This document shows positions 60,282-64,000 of a DNA stretch of 64,000 nt, piece after piece. Position 1 is the first letter of the stretch; every line of letters starts with the position of its first letter. Position numbers and translations under genes: made by a program. The notes under the pieces are model-generated. The model ran no database searches. It saw only the letters and a program-made list of their open reading frames with translations, and was not told where the DNA came from. The stretch covers positions 32,001-96,000 of the forward strand of contig JBEKYR010000013.1 of assembly GCA_049510745.1 (NCBI GenBank). Direction: 5' to 3'. This DNA comes from Verrucomicrobiota bacterium. Its GTDB lineage: Bacteria > Verrucomicrobiota > Verrucomicrobiia > Limisphaerales > Palsa-1400.

Positions 60282-61442
60282 ATGAAAAATCAAAGACAGC
60301 TTATGATCTATAACATTAATTCAAGGCTCCGCTTGGCGAGAGTCGGATGCAAAGGGCTGATGTTGCTATGCGTGGCGTTGGCGCTCGGCGGGTGCGGGAA
60401 GCCGGCGGCCAGACCGCCCGAGAAATCGTTGGTGCGCACCGCGATAGTCGAGTCGATGAACAGTGGCGGGTCCGACGGTGAGGCTTCTTACCTGGCACAG
60501 GTGAAGTTCGACCACGAAACGGACTTGAGCTTCAAAGTGGGGGGGATTTTGGTCGGCATCGGGCCGGCGGCCGGCACAGATTGGGACGAGGGGACGCCGG
60601 TGAAAGCCGGGATGGTCCTGGCCGAGTTGAAGCAGGCTGACTTCACTAATGCGTTGAACTCGGCTCGCGCTCGCGCGGAACTGGCGGGCAAGACTCTCGA
60701 GCGTTTTCGCAAGCTGCGCGGGACGGATGCCATTTCCCAGCAGGAGCTCGATGTGACTGAGGCGGACTGGCAAACTGCCCAGGCCCAACTGGACCAGGCG
60801 GAGCAGAATCTTCGGGATTCGCGGCTGGTGGCGTCCAAGCATGGAGTGGTGCTGGCTCGCTATGTTAATTCGGGCGTCACGGTGGCTCCCGGCCAGCGGG
60901 TGCTGCGCTTTGCCGACACCGGCCTGATGTCCGTCGAGTTGGGATTGCCGGATCGATTGGTAGGGCGGCTCGCCCCAGGCAAGGAAGTGGAGGTGGAGGT
61001 GTCGGGGTTAGAGGGCCTGCCGCCGTTTCGTGGTCGCGTTTCGGAGGTGGGAGTGGCGGCCAGCACCGAAGGCCGGTTGTTTCGCGTGGTGATCAAGGTG
61101 CCCAACCCGGAGGGCCTGCTGCGCTCAGGTATGACGGCGCGTATTCACGTCGGCGACACGCCGGCGGCGACCCCGGGCACGGTCTGCGTTCCGCTCTCGG
61201 CGCTGGTGACCCTGGCTCCGGATAGCCGTTCGGAAGCGAGCGGCCGAGCGCAGTTAGGGGTCTTTGTCGTCCAGGATGGCAAAACGGTGCAGCGAGCGGT
61301 CAAGACGGGCGATATTCGCAACAGTTCAATTCTCATTACCGAAGGGTTGCGGGCAGGTGAACAGGTAGTGACTGCGGGAGCGAGTTTTCTGTATGACGGC
61401 GCTCCCATCGAAGTCGCTACAGACAGTGTGGCCGCGAAGTAA
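60282..61442 (+). CDS. RND efflux periplasmic adaptor (lipoprotein)
   Basis: Lipobox LGGC; LSFKVGG, AISQQELD, LRSGMTA, GLRAGEQVVTAG. Confidence 0.92.
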   Translation: MKNQRQLMIYNINSRLRLARVGCKGLMLLCVALALGGCGKPAARPPEKSLVRTAIVESMNSGGSDGEASYLAQVKFDHETDLSFKVGGILVGIGPAAGTDWDEGTPVKAGMVLAELKQADFTNALNSARARAELAGKTLERFRKLRGTDAISQQELDVTEADWQTAQAQLDQAEQNLRDSRLVASKHGVVLARYVNSGVTVAPGQRVLRFADTGLMSVELGLPDRLVGRLAPGKEVEVEVSGLEGLPPFRGRVSEVGVAASTEGRLFRVVIKVPNPEGLLRSGMTARIHVGDTPAATPGTVCVPLSALVTLAPDSRSEASGRAQLGVFVVQDGKTVQRAVKTGDIRNSSILITEGLRAGEQVVTAGASFLYDGAPIEVATDSVAAK

Positions 61443-61465
61443 GCCCTGAAAGGAGAGACGTTCCA

Positions 61466-64000
61466 ATGTCTGAACCAGTCGAAAATAAAGTTGAGTCCGG
61501 TGATCTGGCCCAGTTTTTTGTCGAGCACCGGGAGGTGAGTTGGCTGGCCCTGATTGCGGTGTTGGTTTGGGGAGCCGTGGCTTATACCAAGCTAGGCCAG
61601 CAGGAGGACCCGACGATTCCCCAACGAACGGCGATGCTGGTCACGCAGTTCCCGGGCGCGACGGCCTCGAAAGTGGAGGAGTTGGTCTCCAAACCCATTG
61701 AGCGCAAGATCAGCGAGCTTAAGTCCATCGAGGAGATCAAGACGCAATCGCAGCCGGGCATCTCCACCATGACCATCAAACAGCTTCCCGCCTCAACGGC
61801 AACGATTGACCAGGAGTGGGACAAGGTACGGGCCAAACTTCAGGAGGTGCAGTTGCCTGAGGGGACGCGTCAGCCGTGGTTAAACACCGATTTCGGCAAC
61901 ACGATAACGCTGTTGTTCGGATTAGTCAGCCCTCCCATCACAGATGCCGAGTGCGTGGCGCGGGCCAATCTCCTGCGGCAGCGCCTGGCCGAGGTCCGGA
62001 GGGGTGCGCCCACAACCAATCATGCTGCGATGGCGGCATTCTTCCCATCATTGGGCGAGAATTACCTCGAGGTGCTCCGCGGCCGATTGGAAACAGCGGT
62101 CCGCGCGGCTGGTCTGGCCAAAGAAGTGCGCACGGTTCAAGGACATTCGTTTATTCTGGTTGATCTGGAAACCTCCGCCTGCCGGGCCGACCTGGAGCAA
62201 TTTACGGCCGATTTCGTCAGAAGGCTCACCGGCACCGACCGTGAATTGTGGCACCCCGATTTCACTCAACCGATCTTGCTGATGGGCGACGAGGACCCGC
62301 TGCCGCAAATTCGGGCCTCGGCTCCGCCGCGCTACAGCTATCGAACGCTCGAATTGCTGGCGCGCGATTTTGAGGATGCGCTCAAGCAAGTCGAGAGCGT
62401 CGGCAAAGTTACTAAAATCGGCATTGTGCAGGAAACGGTGTATCTGCTCTTTTCGGATGCCAATCTGGCCGGCTACGGGTTGACCCCGGAGATGGTCATA
62501 AGCTCGATTGCCGCCCGTAACGCGGTGATCCCCGGCGGCACGATGCGAACCGAAGGACGCAATTTCCCGGTGCAACTTTCCGGCGAATACAAAACCGAGA
62601 AGGACATGCTCGGCACCGTGGTGGGCCTGAGCCGCGAAGGCGCGCCGGTGTATCTGCGCGACATTTTTGACGTCCGCCGGATGTATGAGTCGCCCATCTC
62701 GTACAAAGTGGATATCCTCGGGCGGACGGGCACCAATGGGCCGCTGGACACGCGCTGGGCGGTGATGGTGGCCGTCGAGATGCGGGATGGTGAAATCATT
62801 CGCTATTTCAACCGGGACGTCATGAAAGTGGCAGATACCATGAAAGTCCGCATGCCCGAAGGCCTGGAGTTCCGGGTGCTCTCCGACCAACCCACAGCCG
62901 TCGAACACCGCATCCATCACTTCGTCCGATGCTTTGTGGAAGCGGTGGCCATCGTGATTATCGTGGGGTTGTTCCTGATGGATTGGCGTTCGGCGCTGGT
63001 GCTGGCCATAGCCGTTCCCCTGACCGTCGCCATGACGTTGGTGGGCATGCAACTGCTTCACATTCCCTTGCAACAAATCTCCATTGCCTCGCTCATTATC
63101 GCGCTGGGAATGCTGGTCGATGTGCCCGTGGTGGCCTCGGACGGCATCAACCGCGAGCTGCATCGGGGAGAGCCGCGGCTGCGCGCGGCCTGGCTTGGCC
63201 CGCTTCACCTGCGGCACCCGATGGTGTTCGGGACGTTGATCAACATCTTCGCGTTCCTGCCGTTGCTGCTGCTAACCGGGGACAAGGGTGAGTTTATGAA
63301 AAGTCTCCCGGTCGTGATCACCCTGGCTTTGCTTTCGGCGTTACTGGTGTCGGTCACCTTTACACCCCTGATCAGCTATTACGTCCTGCGAGGGCAAAAA
63401 GGGTTTGATGAAGGCGGCGAGGTCCGTTCTTTTTTCCTGTTCCGCTACGTGGACCAGGCGCTTGCCGCTGTCTTGCCACACTATCGCGCCGCACTCCAAG
63501 GAGCCCTCAAGCGCCCCTGGCTGGTCCTGGGCGTGGGTTATTCGCTGCTGGCTCTTAGCTGCCTCCTGGTTCCGCTGTTGGGCAGCCAGTTTTTCCCGCC
63601 GGCCGAGCGCAACCAGTTATTGGTGGATATCGAGCTGCCTTCCACCGACTCGCTGACCAGCATGAGGGCAACGCTGGATCAAGTGGTGGCCCTGATCAAA
63701 CGCCATGAGGAGGTCTCCAGCGCGGCGGTTTTCTCCGGCGGCACCGCTCCTCGCTTTTACTACAACATCGAACCAAAGGAACCGGCAAACTATCTCGCGC
63801 AGATTCTCATCAACACGCGGCACGAGGACGAGGTGAGAGGCTTGCTCCTGAAGCTGCGCCAGGAACTGGACCAATCGGTCCCCGGCGCGCGCTGCGTGGT
63901 CAAGCAGCTCGAACAGGGACCGCCGGTCGCGGAGCCGATTCAAATCCGCCTCAGCGGCGAGAACCTCGATAAGCTGCGGCTATTGGCCGATCAGACGGCA
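61466..64000 (+). CDS. RND efflux permease (AcrB/AcrD/AcrF family), cut off by the window end and absent from the ORF track
   Basis: RBS AAGGAG; MSEPVE...QEDPTIP...FPGATASKVEELV, IIALGMLVD, PRFYYN, LEQGPP; open to the last base. Confidence 0.92.
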   Translation, partial: MSEPVENKVESGDLAQFFVEHREVSWLALIAVLVWGAVAYTKLGQQEDPTIPQRTAMLVTQFPGATASKVEELVSKPIERKISELKSIEEIKTQSQPGISTMTIKQLPASTATIDQEWDKVRAKLQEVQLPEGTRQPWLNTDFGNTITLLFGLVSPPITDAECVARANLLRQRLAEVRRGAPTTNHAAMAAFFPSLGENYLEVLRGRLETAVRAAGLAKEVRTVQGHSFILVDLETSACRADLEQFTADFVRRLTGTDRELWHPDFTQPILLMGDEDPLPQIRASAPPRYSYRTLELLARDFEDALKQVESVGKVTKIGIVQETVYLLFSDANLAGYGLTPEMVISSIAARNAVIPGGTMRTEGRNFPVQLSGEYKTEKDMLGTVVGLSREGAPVYLRDIFDVRRMYESPISYKVDILGRTGTNGPLDTRWAVMVAVEMRDGEIIRYFNRDVMKVADTMKVRMPEGLEFRVLSDQPTAVEHRIHHFVRCFVEAVAIVIIVGLFLMDWRSALVLAIAVPLTVAMTLVGMQLLHIPLQQISIASLIIALGMLVDVPVVASDGINRELHRGEPRLRAAWLGPLHLRHPMVFGTLINIFAFLPLLLLTGDKGEFMKSLPVVITLALLSALLVSVTFTPLISYYVLRGQKGFDEGGEVRSFFLFRYVDQALAAVLPHYRAALQGALKRPWLVLGVGYSLLALSCLLVPLLGSQFFPPAERNQLLVDIELPSTDSLTSMRATLDQVVALIKRHEEVSSAAVFSGGTAPRFYYNIEPKEPANYLAQILINTRHEDEVRGLLLKLRQELDQSVPGARCVVKQLEQGPPVAEPIQIRLSGENLDKLRLLADQTA

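Larger units (their letters stand above)
20705..64000. mobile_element. Putative genomic island or accessory region anchored at tRNA-Arg; right boundary not visible
   Basis: Begins right after the tRNA 3' end; tandem 12-mer just downstream; truncated and fragmented genes; self-contained regulon. No integrase or second att copy seen in the window. Confidence 0.4.

Noticed and set aside
62048..63217. 389-aa minus-strand ORF and other short ORFs beyond 61.5 kb
   Set aside because: They are shadows of the RND permease on the + strand, which the ORF track missed because it has no stop codon in the window.

Overview
GC-rich bacterial chromosomal window. The gene content (prepilin/H-X9-DG protein, style of PilT and of the chemotaxis cluster) suggests Verrucomicrobiota; this is inference. 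Left part, 1-20.7 kb: a prepilin-type protein, a GH13 hydrolase, two hypothetical genes, class II ribonucleotide reductase nrdJ with an NrdR box, and a sigma28-driven chemosensory operon (cheW-mcp-cheA-cheR-cheD-HDOD-cheB-cheX-REC/REC/STAS-fliG-REC/REC-fliM) containing a decayed internal tandem duplication, then tRNA-Arg(TCT). Right of the tRNA is an accessory, island-like region with an orphan pilT, an MlaA(VacJ)-lipase fusion, a PagL-like barrel, an MCE/Mla ABC system in one operon with an MdtNOP-like efflux pump, an SxxC thioredoxin, a K+ channel, an AI-2E transporter, a hybrid kinase plus sigma54 response regulator, a glycogen/phosphoketolase/acetate kinase operon and a TetR-RND operon that runs off the window. 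The strongest new signal is regulatory. Six sigma54-type promoters in the accessory region each have an 8-bp-periodic TCG-repeat array upstream, five of them at 71-72 bp. The likely activator appears to be an ancestral one-component GAF-AAA+ protein that was split and rewired into a two-component system. All product calls come from motif recognition only; no database searches were run.
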